DNA of 64,000 bases. Origin: Escherichia phage vb_EcoM_bov9_1. The stretch is taken from the sequence record MT884006.2; one strand, given 5' to 3'. How positions within the stretch are numbered: the stretch's first letter is position 1; the number at the start of each line of letters is the position of its first letter. The notes beneath the pieces are model-generated. The model made no database searches, was not told where the DNA came from, and saw only the letters and a program-made list of their open reading frames with translations. Made by a program: the position numbers and the translations under genes. Of the stretch, positions 29,993 to 40,806 are shown piece after piece.

Positions 29993-30453
29993 AGAGAGTC
30001 TCTTAATAGGTTTAACACATCAATAAATTCAGCTTCGGTTAGTATTGTATCATCTTTTGTTAGACCACTAGCCATGCTATGCTTCAAAATTTTTCCTTTA
30101 GAGGCTTGTAAGGCATCACGAAACCCCTTGTTTTGAATCGCTGCTTCAAAATATGCATTTGTATACAACTCTTTCCATGCTGCAGAGTATCTTGAAAAGG
30201 GAATTCCAAGCCAGAAAAGCGTCCCACGGTCCGCAGCTCTTGCATAAGCTCTTCCACTTTGCTGGGCGGCCAAGCCGGAGAGCCCAAATATACGTTTTTG
30301 TTGTTCAACATTTTTCACCTTGCATCCTTGGAGGAATCCTTCAAGACCTCCGAATTGAATACCATCCATGACGAAAGGCCATTGGGCGAAATTACTTAAT
30401 GCACACGATGGCCATCTAAAATTGCTTCTAATCTCTAACTCAGACATTTTCAA
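29989..30453 (-). CDS. NADAR/YbiA-like (DUF1768) domain protein (154 aa)
   Basis: Signature ALSNFAQWPFVMDGIQFGGLEGFLQGCK resembles the YbiA/NADAR core (LSNF...P...DG...E..FQ..K) as I recall it. Confidence 0.6.
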   Translation of the reverse strand: MKMSELEIRSNFRWPSCALSNFAQWPFVMDGIQFGGLEGFLQGCKVKNVEQQKRIFGLSGLAAQQSGRAYARAADRGTLFWLGIPFSRYSAAWKELYTNAYFEAAIQNKGFRDALQASKGKILKHSMASGLTKDDTILTEAEFIDVLNLLRDSL

Positions 30454-30646
30454 TACTTATAATTTCAACATCAGCCCAATGACCATAGCAAGGAAGACGA
30501 AATTCAACTGGCCAGTTAGGGTCCTTTTCTAATATAATAGACTCAACTTGTGGTTCTTCATGTTCATCAGTATATGGATTTTTATCTGTTACTTTATATG
30601 TGACCTTAATGTACTGAATTCCAAAAATCTTATTAATTATATTCAT
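30440..30646 (-). CDS. Hypothetical protein, 68 aa (30.x cluster)
   Basis: ORF in tightly overlapping operon; synteny only. Confidence 0.45.
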   Translation of the reverse strand: MNIINKIFGIQYIKVTYKVTDKNPYTDEHEEPQVESIILEKDPNWPVEFRLPCYGHWADVEIISIENV

Positions 30647-30840
30647 ACTAATTCCTTTAATCCGTAAATAGGAGACAATTCATCACCCATACGAAGGTCT
30701 TCATTTCCATCTACCCAGGAAACAATATAAGCCTCTTTTATTTGAACACCACTCCATTTAAATGGAGGTAGAACCTTAGAAATTAATCCAGGTATACCAA
30801 CTCCCTTTAATTCAACAGTTTGACCTAAAAAGAATTTCAT
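30643..30840 (-). CDS. Hypothetical protein, 65 aa (30.x cluster)
   Basis: ORF with 4-nt overlap to neighbours. Confidence 0.45.
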   Translation of the reverse strand: MKFFLGQTVELKGVGIPGLISKVLPPFKWSGVQIKEAYIVSWVDGNEDLRMGDELSPIYGLKELV

Positions 30841-31127
30841 TAGAACCTCATCTGAAAACCATGCGATTTAACATTACCGCCGCCAATATCAGAAATATTA
30901 ATTTCACGCGCAATTGAAGGGTCAATGTCAATTTCACGATTAAGTTTAGCGATAGCTAAAGTATCACGCCCATTTACTGTACGGAATTCTAAAGGACAAA
31001 CCACATCAACGTAATTTTTAATCGATTCACTGGTAAGCTGCAAATGAGCAGGAAGGTCTTTAGGTGCCTTTGAGAAAACCACTTCACAAAAATTTTTGCG
31101 GGTGTCAAAATAAGTAGTCATAAACAT
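30840..31127 (-). CDS. Hypothetical protein, 95 aa (30.x cluster)
   Basis: ORF with GAGG RBS; preceded by GC hairpin. Confidence 0.5.
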   Translation of the reverse strand: MFMTTYFDTRKNFCEVVFSKAPKDLPAHLQLTSESIKNYVDVVCPLEFRTVNGRDTLAIAKLNREIDIDPSIAREINISDIGGGNVKSHGFQMRF

Positions 31128-31143
31128 AATATTTTCCTCAGTA

Positions 31144-31159
31144 AGGGGCCGAAGCCCCT
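31144..31159. terminator. Intercistronic GC hairpin (AGGGGC-CGAA-GCCCCT)
   Basis: Between two 30.x ORFs, just upstream of RBS of the downstream gene. Confidence 0.35.
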
Positions 31160-31168
31160 CATTTTATT

Positions 31169-31534
31169 TTAAATATCAAATTCGTTAAGAACTACATCAA
31201 AGATTGCTTCAAGATGCTCAGGTTTAGCTCTGTTACTCAGAATATGACGAATCCAAGTTTTAACCAAAAGCTTGCGATTATCACCATTCCAGCAAGGATG
31301 AGTCCCTAAATCGCGTTGACGAAAATCATCATCTAAAGCGATTTTAAAATTTGAACCTTCCATTGTGATTGAAACCGTGATGCCATTTTCAAATCGCATA
31401 TAAACGTAGTTAGGAGTCATATACTGTTCAATTTCGCATACTGATCCATTTTGATGTTTCCAAAGGCAAATAGTATCAATAGAACCTGCAATACCATTAG
31501 AAACATATTTACGTTCAAAGTTGATGTAGTTCAT
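31169..31534 (-). CDS. Hypothetical protein, 121 aa (30.x cluster)
   Basis: ORF; upstream palindrome/early promoter at 31561-31600. Confidence 0.5.
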   Translation of the reverse strand: MNYINFERKYVSNGIAGSIDTICLWKHQNGSVCEIEQYMTPNYVYMRFENGITVSITMEGSNFKIALDDDFRQRDLGTHPCWNGDNRKLLVKTWIRHILSNRAKPEHLEAIFDVVLNEFDI

Positions 31535-31560
31535 TTTTGTTCTCCGAGATGTTTAATTGC

Positions 31561-31600
31561 GGTACAGGTATATAATATCATATCCTGTACCAAAGTAAAC
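31561..31600 (-). promoter_or_regulatory. Early promoter (GTTTAC...TATTAT) overlapped by 8-bp inverted repeat GGTACAGG/CCTGTACC
   Basis: Inverted repeat flanks the -10 region; between two 30.x ORFs. Confidence 0.4.
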
Positions 31601-31602
31601 AA

Positions 31603-31935
31603 TTATTTTACTACTTTCCAGTGCTTCATGTCAAGTTTACCGACTTTTTTCATCTTCTCAATTAAGCGTTCGGCACGTTGGCGAGCTGTAACATAATACC
31701 ATTCACCTAATTCATTTTGTTCAATTTTTCCAACGATTACTGTATTCAATTCATAAATCCAACCAGTAAAGAAATTATGAACTTGAATTGTAAAGGTGAA
31801 ATCTGTTCCCATACCTTCTGTTGTTTCTACTTCAATAATATCACCTTCAACTGCCATTAAGAACCACATAGTTTCGTTATATTCACCATTGAAGCATTTA
31901 GCTTTAACTGCAGCGTTCAGATTAATCGTTTTCAT
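31603..31935 (-). CDS. Hypothetical protein, 110 aa (30.x cluster)
   Basis: ORF with early promoter (GTTTAC...17...TAGTAT) about 30 nt upstream. Confidence 0.5.
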   Translation of the reverse strand: MKTINLNAAVKAKCFNGEYNETMWFLMAVEGDIIEVETTEGMGTDFTFTIQVHNFFTGWIYELNTVIVGKIEQNELGEWYYVTARQRAERLIEKMKKVGKLDMKHWKVVK

Positions 31936-31962
31936 TTTATTCTCCTTTGTTTGTGTAAGATA

Positions 31963-31992
31963 ATACTATCACAAAGGAACCATACTGTAAAC
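31963..31992 (-). promoter_or_regulatory. Early promoter (TTTACA -35, 17-nt spacer, TAGTAT -10)
   Basis: Located between terminator 32023-32040 and ORF 31603-31935. Confidence 0.5.
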
Positions 31993-32022
31993 AACTTTAT
32001 GCAATCTTTGGAAAATAAAAAA

Positions 32023-32040
32023 GGACTCCCGAAGGAGTCC
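32023..32040 (-). terminator. Rho-independent terminator after small basic protein gene
   Basis: GGACTCC-CGAA-GGAGTCC followed on minus strand by TTTTTTATTTT. Confidence 0.6.
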
Positions 32041-32045
32041 TCAAC

Positions 32046-32264
32046 TTATGCTTTCTGCTTACCAAAACGAGAAGCATCATCTCGAAGAACCGCACGTGCT
32101 CGGCGCATGATCTTCTCAACAGTTTGATTGATACGAGAGTTCGACCCACGCTTGTAGCCAGCGCGTTTAGAATCACCAACTTTCTTTTCAACTGCTTTCT
32201 TTGCTTTAGCTTGTTTTGCCATTATAAATTCTCTTTTAAATGAAAATGCAGGACTTATTGGCAT
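32046..32264 (-). CDS. Small highly basic protein (Lys/Arg-rich; 72 aa or 58 aa from second ATG at 32222)
   Basis: Two in-frame ATGs; strong terminator hairpin just downstream of stop. Confidence 0.45.
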   Translation of the reverse strand: MPISPAFSFKREFIMAKQAKAKKAVEKKVGDSKRAGYKRGSNSRINQTVEKIMRRARAVLRDDASRFGKQKA

Positions 32265-32467
32265 TGCCTGCGCAAGCCCTCAAGGGGAACATAGGTTTTT
32301 GGGTATTTAACGACCAGGATAACCATAAACCCGTCATCATTCACATTCAAGAGGTACACCATAAAACTGCCGGGGTCTTAAAACTATAATGATTCGCAAA
32401 TCATTAATCAGACAGTTCGATGGCTCCTCGATTTTAGCTCACACTAAGGCAGTGAATCTCCAATAAA

Positions 32468-32716
32468 TTACTTCAATGTTACCACAAAGTGACGAACTGC
32501 TTTTCGTGCAGCAGAAGCCAGAGGCTTAGCATACTTAAGTTCATCTTTTTCCTGAAGCTCAGCAGCTAATGCAGTTTGAGCAGGATTTAGATGTTTGAAA
32601 TAACGCAGGATTTCAAGAGCTTCGGCTTCAACATCAATAGATGCGCCATAGTTTTCGTGACCATTATTCCATGCGTTTCGTTGCAGTTCAAGAGCGTGTT
32701 GTAATTGTTTAATCAT
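32468..32716 (-). CDS. rIII: Probable rIII lysis-inhibition accessory protein (82 aa)
   Basis: 82 aa equals T4 rIII length; position between 30.x cluster and gene 31; late promoter upstream. Confidence 0.5.
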   Translation of the reverse strand: MIKQLQHALELQRNAWNNGHENYGASIDVEAEALEILRYFKHLNPAQTALAAELQEKDELKYAKPLASAARKAVRHFVVTLK

Positions 32717-32855
32717 TTAAAAATTCTCGTTAGAGATTAAAACTCGGTAGTCACGTTCTTCTGAATTTCATCTTCTTTCGACAGATCTCTCAGTTGTAGA
32801 CTACCACATAGAATTGTTCGGTTAACTTATTATTCCGACACCCAATTCATATTAT

Positions 32856-32863
32856 TATTTATA
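32856..32863 (-). promoter_or_regulatory. Late promoter (minus strand TATAAATA) upstream of rIII
   Basis: Plus-strand TATTTATA immediately downstream of gene 31 stop. Confidence 0.5.
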
Positions 32864-33199
32864 TCACTTATAAAGACACGGAATAGCTTTATAGTGACAG
32901 GTAACAAATTTTTGTTTAATTTCTTTTGGCTGCTTAAGACCCAGAGCTACAAAAGGATGCGGAACGTTTCGAATTTGACCAACTGGAAGAGAAGTCAAAT
33001 CACCAACTTCGCAGAAACCTTCAGGAACATCAGGACCAACAGAGTGAACTACACACAGTTCAGGAACTTCACCTTGAACACGTTTACCGATAATAAGTCC
33101 TGATTCTGTAACTTCTTCATCACCAGCCTGTGCAGGTTCAGAAACTAAAATAACATATTCACCGACAGCACGAATTGGTAGCTGTTGTACTTCAGACAT
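32864..33199 (-). CDS. 31: Co-chaperonin gp31 (GroES analogue, 111 aa)
   Basis: 111 aa; recognised as T4 gp31; MotA-box middle promoter candidate upstream. Confidence 0.9.
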
Positions 33200-33224
33200 C
33201 GTTTTTCCTTTTTGTTAACAGATG

Positions 33225-33258
33225 AATTAATAATAACAAATAATTCTTAAAGCATTTA
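33225..33258 (-). promoter_or_regulatory. Middle promoter candidate for gene 31 (MotA box AAATGCTTTA plus TATTAT)
   Basis: Minus strand AAATGCTTTAAGAATTATTTGTTATTAT about 30 nt upstream of gene 31 ATG. Confidence 0.4.
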
Positions 33259-33564
33259 TTTACCAATAAATTGAAGCAAATGCTCAACTTTCATACCATT
33301 AACAGAAATCAATTTGTCAATAGAAAAACCTCGCCATGCGCCAAGTTCAACATCAAATACTGGAATCATGTCAGTAGATTCTTTCCGAGTAGATTCAGTC
33401 AATTTACCAGTTTGCATGGTTGGCATAAAGTCTGCATCACGAGTACCTTTCATAGTACGAATAGTACCATCAGACTTTTCAAAAACTACGTTTGAAACAC
33501 CCATGGACAATTTGGTTTTCAAAATTTCGCGAATTGCTACTTTCTGCTCAGTTGTCAGTTTCAT
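33256..33564 (-). CDS. Hypothetical protein, 102 aa (31.1 position)
   Basis: ORF; synteny. Confidence 0.5.
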   Translation of the reverse strand: MKLTTEQKVAIREILKTKLSMGVSNVVFEKSDGTIRTMKGTRDADFMPTMQTGKLTESTRKESTDMIPVFDVELGAWRGFSIDKLISVNGMKVEHLLQFIGK

Positions 33565-33801
33565 TTATTTACCTATTACAGTTTTAATATGAGTTGTTCC
33601 ACGTTCTTTAAGGGTGGAAAGTAATTTTTGGCATTTTTCTAAATCAGATTTCCAACTATACGGTCTATCAATACAAACCCATTCTGACTTATAATACTGC
33701 TTCCATTTAGAGAAAAAATATTTCTTATACTCTACAGCAAATGAAATGTTCTCGTTAGAATAAGAACTAATTGCTGTGAGCTGTACCAAACGAAATTTCA
33801 T
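33565..33801 (-). CDS. Hypothetical protein, 78 aa (31.2 position)
   Basis: ORF abutting cd. Confidence 0.5.
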   Translation of the reverse strand: MKFRLVQLTAISSYSNENISFAVEYKKYFFSKWKQYYKSEWVCIDRPYSWKSDLEKCQKLLSTLKERGTTHIKTVIGK

Positions 33802-34382
33802 TATTCACCACAGAATTCGTTGATATTTTCCCAGTTTAACTTATTCAAGTTTTTCTTAGGAACATTAAACACTTCAATACCTGCATTTCGCAGAATATCA
33901 TCCCAACCAGGTTTATTTTTATCGTATGTTTCGCAATAAACCAGCTTTTTAATTCCAGATTGAGCTATCGCTTTTGCACAATCTGGACAAGGAGAAAGTG
34001 TTACATACATAGTAGCACCTTCAATAGAAGAACCATTTCGTGCAGCAAACAAAATTGCATTTAGTTCAGCATGAATTTCATTTTTAGATGACCATTCCGA
34101 GTGAGCACTACGATGTTCTTTTGCCAAGACAAAACGATCAGTTGAACCAAATGATACGCATTCAGGCTTATGGCCTTGAATGATAGTATGTTTAGGCTTA
34201 TTCAACAACCATCCTTGCTCAGCAGCATAATCACAACAGTTCACACCCCCTGCGGGTGAACCATTATACCCAGTAGAAATAATACGTCCATTCTTTTCAA
34301 TTACTGCTCCTACCTTCCAGGAGCAACATTTTGATTCTTGTGATACTAAATATGCAATTTGAAGTACTGTACTCGCTTTCAT
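33801..34382 (-). CDS. cd: dCMP deaminase (193 aa)
   Basis: Zinc-binding deaminase motifs HAELNAI and PCPDCAKAI; 193 aa as T4 Cd. Confidence 0.9.
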   Translation of the reverse strand: MKASTVLQIAYLVSQESKCCSWKVGAVIEKNGRIISTGYNGSPAGGVNCCDYAAEQGWLLNKPKHTIIQGHKPECVSFGSTDRFVLAKEHRSAHSEWSSKNEIHAELNAILFAARNGSSIEGATMYVTLSPCPDCAKAIAQSGIKKLVYCETYDKNKPGWDDILRNAGIEVFNVPKKNLNKLNWENINEFCGE

Positions 34383-34717
34383 TTCATAATCACCAGATAA
34401 GCAGATTTAGCAGTTTCAACACGATAAATTTCGTGACGAAGTTTAGTTATACTTTTAATAACAGAACTAATTATATTCTGCCCATCTTTAAAGCGGTTTT
34501 TCTTGTCAATAAAAATTGCACCAACCATCTTTTTGTGAAGCTCAACTGGATACTTCGTCACAATAATAGCATCATATACAGAAGGATGAATACTATTCAC
34601 CAGAGTGTCATTCATTAAAGTTATTCTAATGAACTGTGCTGTTTCAGAGTCAAGCGCTCTATGATCGCCAGTATCATTTTCAAGACAATTATCAATTATA
34701 TCAGTTAAATTCATCAT
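34379..34717 (-). CDS. Hypothetical protein, 112 aa (cd.x cluster)
   Basis: ORF with ATGA overlap to cd. Confidence 0.5.
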   Translation of the reverse strand: MMNLTDIIDNCLENDTGDHRALDSETAQFIRITLMNDTLVNSIHPSVYDAIIVTKYPVELHKKMVGAIFIDKKNRFKDGQNIISSVIKSITKLRHEIYRVETAKSAYLVIMK

Positions 34718-34953
34718 AGTACGCCATACACCCTTTGTGCTTCAACTAATCCATCAAAATCCAGTTTAAGATGCGATATTTGATCGCCATCGCCTGGATT
34801 CACAATTACTAATACTGAACGAGGAGTTTCGGTAATAACACGAACCGATGTTTCAGGAAATCGTTCAGAAACCTTATTTACCAATTCCTGAGCAAATAGT
34901 TTAACTTTTTCTTGGAATTCTTTAACAGTAATTGGTTTTTCACTTAGCAGCAT
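34714..34953 (-). CDS. Hypothetical protein, about 80 aa (cd.x cluster)
   Basis: ORF track extends to TTG 35049; ATG at 34953 with GAGG RBS and an early promoter at 34983-35012 favour the shorter product. Confidence 0.45.
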   Translation of the reverse strand: MLLSEKPITVKEFQEKVKLFAQELVNKVSERFPETSVRVITETPRSVLVIVNPGDGDQISHLKLDFDGLVEAQRVYGVL

Positions 34954-34982
34954 TTTGTTTTCCTCATTTGTTTGGTAGAGCC

Positions 34983-35012
34983 ATAATATCACAACTCTAC
35001 CGTAAAGTAAAC
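34983..35012 (-). promoter_or_regulatory. Early promoter candidate (GTTTAC...ATATTA)
   Basis: sigma70-like -35/-10 with 17-18 nt spacer upstream of ATG 34953. Confidence 0.45.
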
Positions 35013-35014
35013 TA

Positions 35015-35290
35015 TTAAATCGCTTTGAATTCTGCTGTCTGCGATTCAAAACGAATGTCGCCTTTGATAACTAGCTCAGCATCAAGACCGAATACAACAA
35101 TGATATGCGCTGAACCTGGATACAACGTAATTGCAATAGAATCCACTTGGTCTGGAAGCAAAGTATTCAATACATGAGTCACTTGAGCATGAATTCGAAG
35201 CTCGGCTGCGTTATCAAGCTTTTCAAACATATTATTAGCGATAATTTGGCTAAACACTACTTCTACGATTTTAGAGTAAGTCGGAAACAT
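35015..35290 (-). CDS. Hypothetical protein, 91 aa (cd.x cluster)
   Basis: ORF; synteny. Confidence 0.45.
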   Translation of the reverse strand: MFPTYSKIVEVVFSQIIANNMFEKLDNAAELRIHAQVTHVLNTLLPDQVDSIAITLYPGSAHIIVVFGLDAELVIKGDIRFESQTAEFKAI

Positions 35291-35354
35291 ATTTACCTCA
35301 CATAATTTTCTTCAAGCCAATTAATAATATCCCAAGTTTCATGGTGCCAAGCCA

Positions 35355-36580
<1,226 letters not shown>

Positions 36581-36583
36581 TTA

Positions 36584-36814
36584 TTATTTCTCAACCAATG
36601 ATTGAATATAATCATGCAAGTCTTTAGATGCTTTACCCCACTTATTTTGGTATTCATTTTTAAGATTAGCCCGAGATTGAGCTAATAAAACATCATTAGT
36701 TGGAGGTAAAGATTCTAATCGTTGAATCTGGCGTCCATAAATCATTGCAGCCATCTCGGATTCATAAATCAATCCTTTGAGATGTTCAAATTGATGCCAT
36801 GAAATCATTTGCAT
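36584..36814 (-). CDS. Hypothetical protein, 76 aa
   Basis: ORF; synteny. Confidence 0.45.
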   Translation of the reverse strand: MQMISWHQFEHLKGLIYESEMAAMIYGRQIQRLESLPPTNDVLLAQSRANLKNEYQNKWGKASKDLHDYIQSLVEK

Positions 36815-37104
36815 TTATCCTCTTTTAGCTCTTGACGATAATAACATATCATAGTTTTTTGGTCATGTACATATCGTTTTACATCATTAAGCCAAATACG
36901 AAATTCCTGGGAATCTTCAAATGGCATACCGACCCAAGCTTTACCATCAATAACTTTAACTTGCCAAGATAGTTTAGCTTCATCATATGACTTTATTTGT
37001 ACAGGCCAATTAGGATGAACTGTTTCTTTCTTTACTTCTAGAGGCTTTGTCGAACAACCAACTAGAAGACCAATAGATAATATTACTGCTGATAGTTTAA
37101 TCAT
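36805..37104 (-). CDS. Outer-membrane spanin candidate (lipoprotein, 99 aa)
   Basis: Signal peptide with lipobox LVGC near N-terminus; directly downstream of i-spanin-like gene with ATGA overlap. Confidence 0.6.
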   Translation of the reverse strand: MIKLSAVILSIGLLVGCSTKPLEVKKETVHPNWPVQIKSYDEAKLSWQVKVIDGKAWVGMPFEDSQEFRIWLNDVKRYVHDQKTMICYYRQELKEDKCK

Positions 37105-37454
37105 TTAGAAAGGTCCTGGATGTCTTCTGCGAACTTGTTGAAGGAGTTGTTGATTTGTTTTTCAACCAATCCTGGCTTATGAGCCACCACATCCGCCTTC
37201 TTTGCGTCTTTGCGCAGTTTTTCATTTTCACGCTCAATAGCAGCAATTGCCTCACGATTTTTATTATTCATCGCATCAATATAATTATACTGAATTCGCA
37301 AATTATTTAATGCTAAAGCGTTTTCATTGGCTGTTTTTGTAATTTCGGTAACTGATGTTTCTAATCTTTCTACCTTATTTTTTAAAATAATAGATGTTCC
37401 GCCAAATGCTATTACAAGTAATAGCAATCCAGCTGTAAAATTACTTACATGCAT
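37101..37454 (-). CDS. Inner-membrane spanin candidate (117 aa)
   Basis: N-terminal TM helix (GLLLLVIAFGG) followed by coiled-coil-like periplasmic region. Confidence 0.6.
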   Translation of the reverse strand: MHVSNFTAGLLLLVIAFGGTSIILKNKVERLETSVTEITKTANENALALNNLRIQYNYIDAMNNKNREAIAAIERENEKLRKDAKKADVVAHKPGLVEKQINNSFNKFAEDIQDLSK

Positions 37455-37951
37455 AAAGTTTTAATAACCTCTATAATATCGTCTTGAGAAAGACCGTTAA
37501 TTAAAATATGATGTTCAGCTGGAGATTTAGAAATTTTAAAGCATGCCTCAACATCTTCTGCCATATCCGATGCACTACGATTTGGATTACTAATACCAAG
37601 GCGGTGTTTTCCCGTCAAAGGATTAACGATGATATAGCATTTGCAGCTATTGATATGAACATTAGGTTGAGTCTGATTAATGAACACTTCACAATCATAC
37701 TTAGCGAGTTGATTTTCTAAAAAGACTTTCATCTCTTCAACCGCATCAGGAAGCATATCACGGGCTTGCTCAAGACGACGATTTCGATATTCTTTAATGG
37801 TCGTTTTCCGCTTGACTTGCTTAGCTAAATCTTTCTTAAGATCGGTGATATATCCAACTCGACGATTTCCTTTAAATACAGAAATCCCATCTGTAGTATC
37901 ACCGTATGCTTCAACGACCATTTCAGTAGTAATAAGCTGCAAATCCATCAT
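37445..37951 (-). CDS. alc: Probable Alc (inhibitor of host transcription on dC-DNA), about 167 aa
   Basis: Length and position between spanin/pseT.x genes and rnlA; early promoter cassette upstream. Confidence 0.55.
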   Translation of the reverse strand: MMDLQLITTEMVVEAYGDTTDGISVFKGNRRVGYITDLKKDLAKQVKRKTTIKEYRNRRLEQARDMLPDAVEEMKVFLENQLAKYDCEVFINQTQPNVHINSCKCYIIVNPLTGKHRLGISNPNRSASDMAEDVEACFKISKSPAEHHILINGLSQDDIIEVIKTLCM

Positions 37952-37955
37952 AAAG

Positions 37956-38009
37956 TCCTCATGTTATGTCAGTAAGACTACTATAACACAACACGAGGGA
38001 CTTGTAAAC
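37956..38009 (-). promoter_or_regulatory. Early promoter cassette, copy B (upstream of alc)
   Basis: Same 54-nt architecture as copy A; GTTTACA...TATAGT...GAGGA then alc ATG. Confidence 0.55.
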
Positions 38010-38012
38010 AGC

Positions 38013-39600
<1,588 letters not shown>

Positions 39601-39607
39601 AATAAAA

Positions 39608-39623
39608 TGGGCCTTACGGCCCA
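39608..39623 (-). terminator. Intercistronic hairpin between nrdB and denA (TGGGCC-TTAC-GGCCCA)
   Basis: 6-bp GC stem in the 27-nt gap. Confidence 0.4.
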
Positions 39624-39627
39624 CTCC

Positions 39628-40806
39628 TTAAAAGTATTTTTTAAAACTCATCATAACTTTATCATCAACATCATTATCAATCTGTGCAACAAGATAAGAT
39701 GACAGTTCTACTTCTTGTGGCGCGGATTGAACATTATCAGAATTAAGATATTCACGAATCCAAGGATATGGATGTTTAACCGGAGCATCGGTAATTGGGC
39801 ATGGAAGACCGCACTGTTTCATACGAGATACAGTTAAGTAATCAATAAAGCTCCACATGCTATTTGTATTTAATCCAGGAACATCGCCATCTTTAAATAA
39901 ATGAACTGCCCAATCTTTTTCTTGGCGGTTAACTTCCATGAAAATATCAACTGCTTCTTGTTCACACTCTTGAGCAATTTTAACCCATTCATCGCCATCA
40001 GTACCAGATTGAAGTTGACGAATAATATATTGGGTGCCTTTAAGGTGAAGCTGTTCATCGCGTGCAATGAACTTCATAATCTTGGCATTACCTTCCATGA
40101 TTTCCATGTTTTTATGGAAGTTAAAGGTACATGCGAAAGATACATAAAAACGAATAGCTTCCAATGCGTTGATTACATGCAAACAGAGGTAAAGAGATTT
40201 CATTAGCTCATGCTTCCAATATGTCTCATGCTCAATAGCATCTTCAATAACGTCTTCGTCTGCATTAATTTCTTTTTGGTATTCGATATCAGCTTTAGCG
40301 TTTTCCCAATAACGAGTTTTAATCAGAACATCATCATAATAACGTCCAATGGATTCAGCACGTTTCATAATAGCTTCATCTAATACAATTTCATCAAATA
40401 CCTTCGATGGATCAGTATAAAGATTTCGCATGATATGTGTATATGAACGGCTGTGAATAGTTTCACTAAAAGTCCACGTAGCAACCCATGTATCAAGGCT
40501 TGGGTCTGAAATTAATGACATAAGTACAGCAGACGGCGCACGACCCTGAATGCTATCCAAAAGTGATTGATACTTCAGGTTATTAGTAAAAATATTTTGC
40601 TGATACTGAGGAAGCTTATTAAACTGTGCAGCATCCATCATTAAGTTTACTTCTTCAGGCCGCCAGAAAAATGATAATTGCTTTTCGGTCAAATCTTCAA
40701 AAACTTTATGGCGTTGAATATCATAACGCGCAATACCAAGACCTGAACCAAAAAACATAGGTTCTTTTAAAACATCAACTGGATTTGTATTAAAAACTGT
40801 AGACAT
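39628..40806 (-). CDS. nrdB: Ribonucleotide reductase small subunit NrdB, uninterrupted (no intron)
   Basis: Continuous about 392 aa ORF from MSTVFNTNP; di-iron RNR small subunit composition; start overlaps HNH gene stop (TAATG). Confidence 0.9.
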   Translation of the reverse strand: MSTVFNTNPVDVLKEPMFFGSGLGIARYDIQRHKVFEDLTEKQLSFFWRPEEVNLMMDAAQFNKLPQYQQNIFTNNLKYQSLLDSIQGRAPSAVLMSLISDPSLDTWVATWTFSETIHSRSYTHIMRNLYTDPSKVFDEIVLDEAIMKRAESIGRYYDDVLIKTRYWENAKADIEYQKEINADEDVIEDAIEHETYWKHELMKSLYLCLHVINALEAIRFYVSFACTFNFHKNMEIMEGNAKIMKFIARDEQLHLKGTQYIIRQLQSGTDGDEWVKIAQECEQEAVDIFMEVNRQEKDWAVHLFKDGDVPGLNTNSMWSFIDYLTVSRMKQCGLPCPITDAPVKHPYPWIREYLNSDNVQSAPQEVELSSYLVAQIDNDVDDKVMMSFKKYF

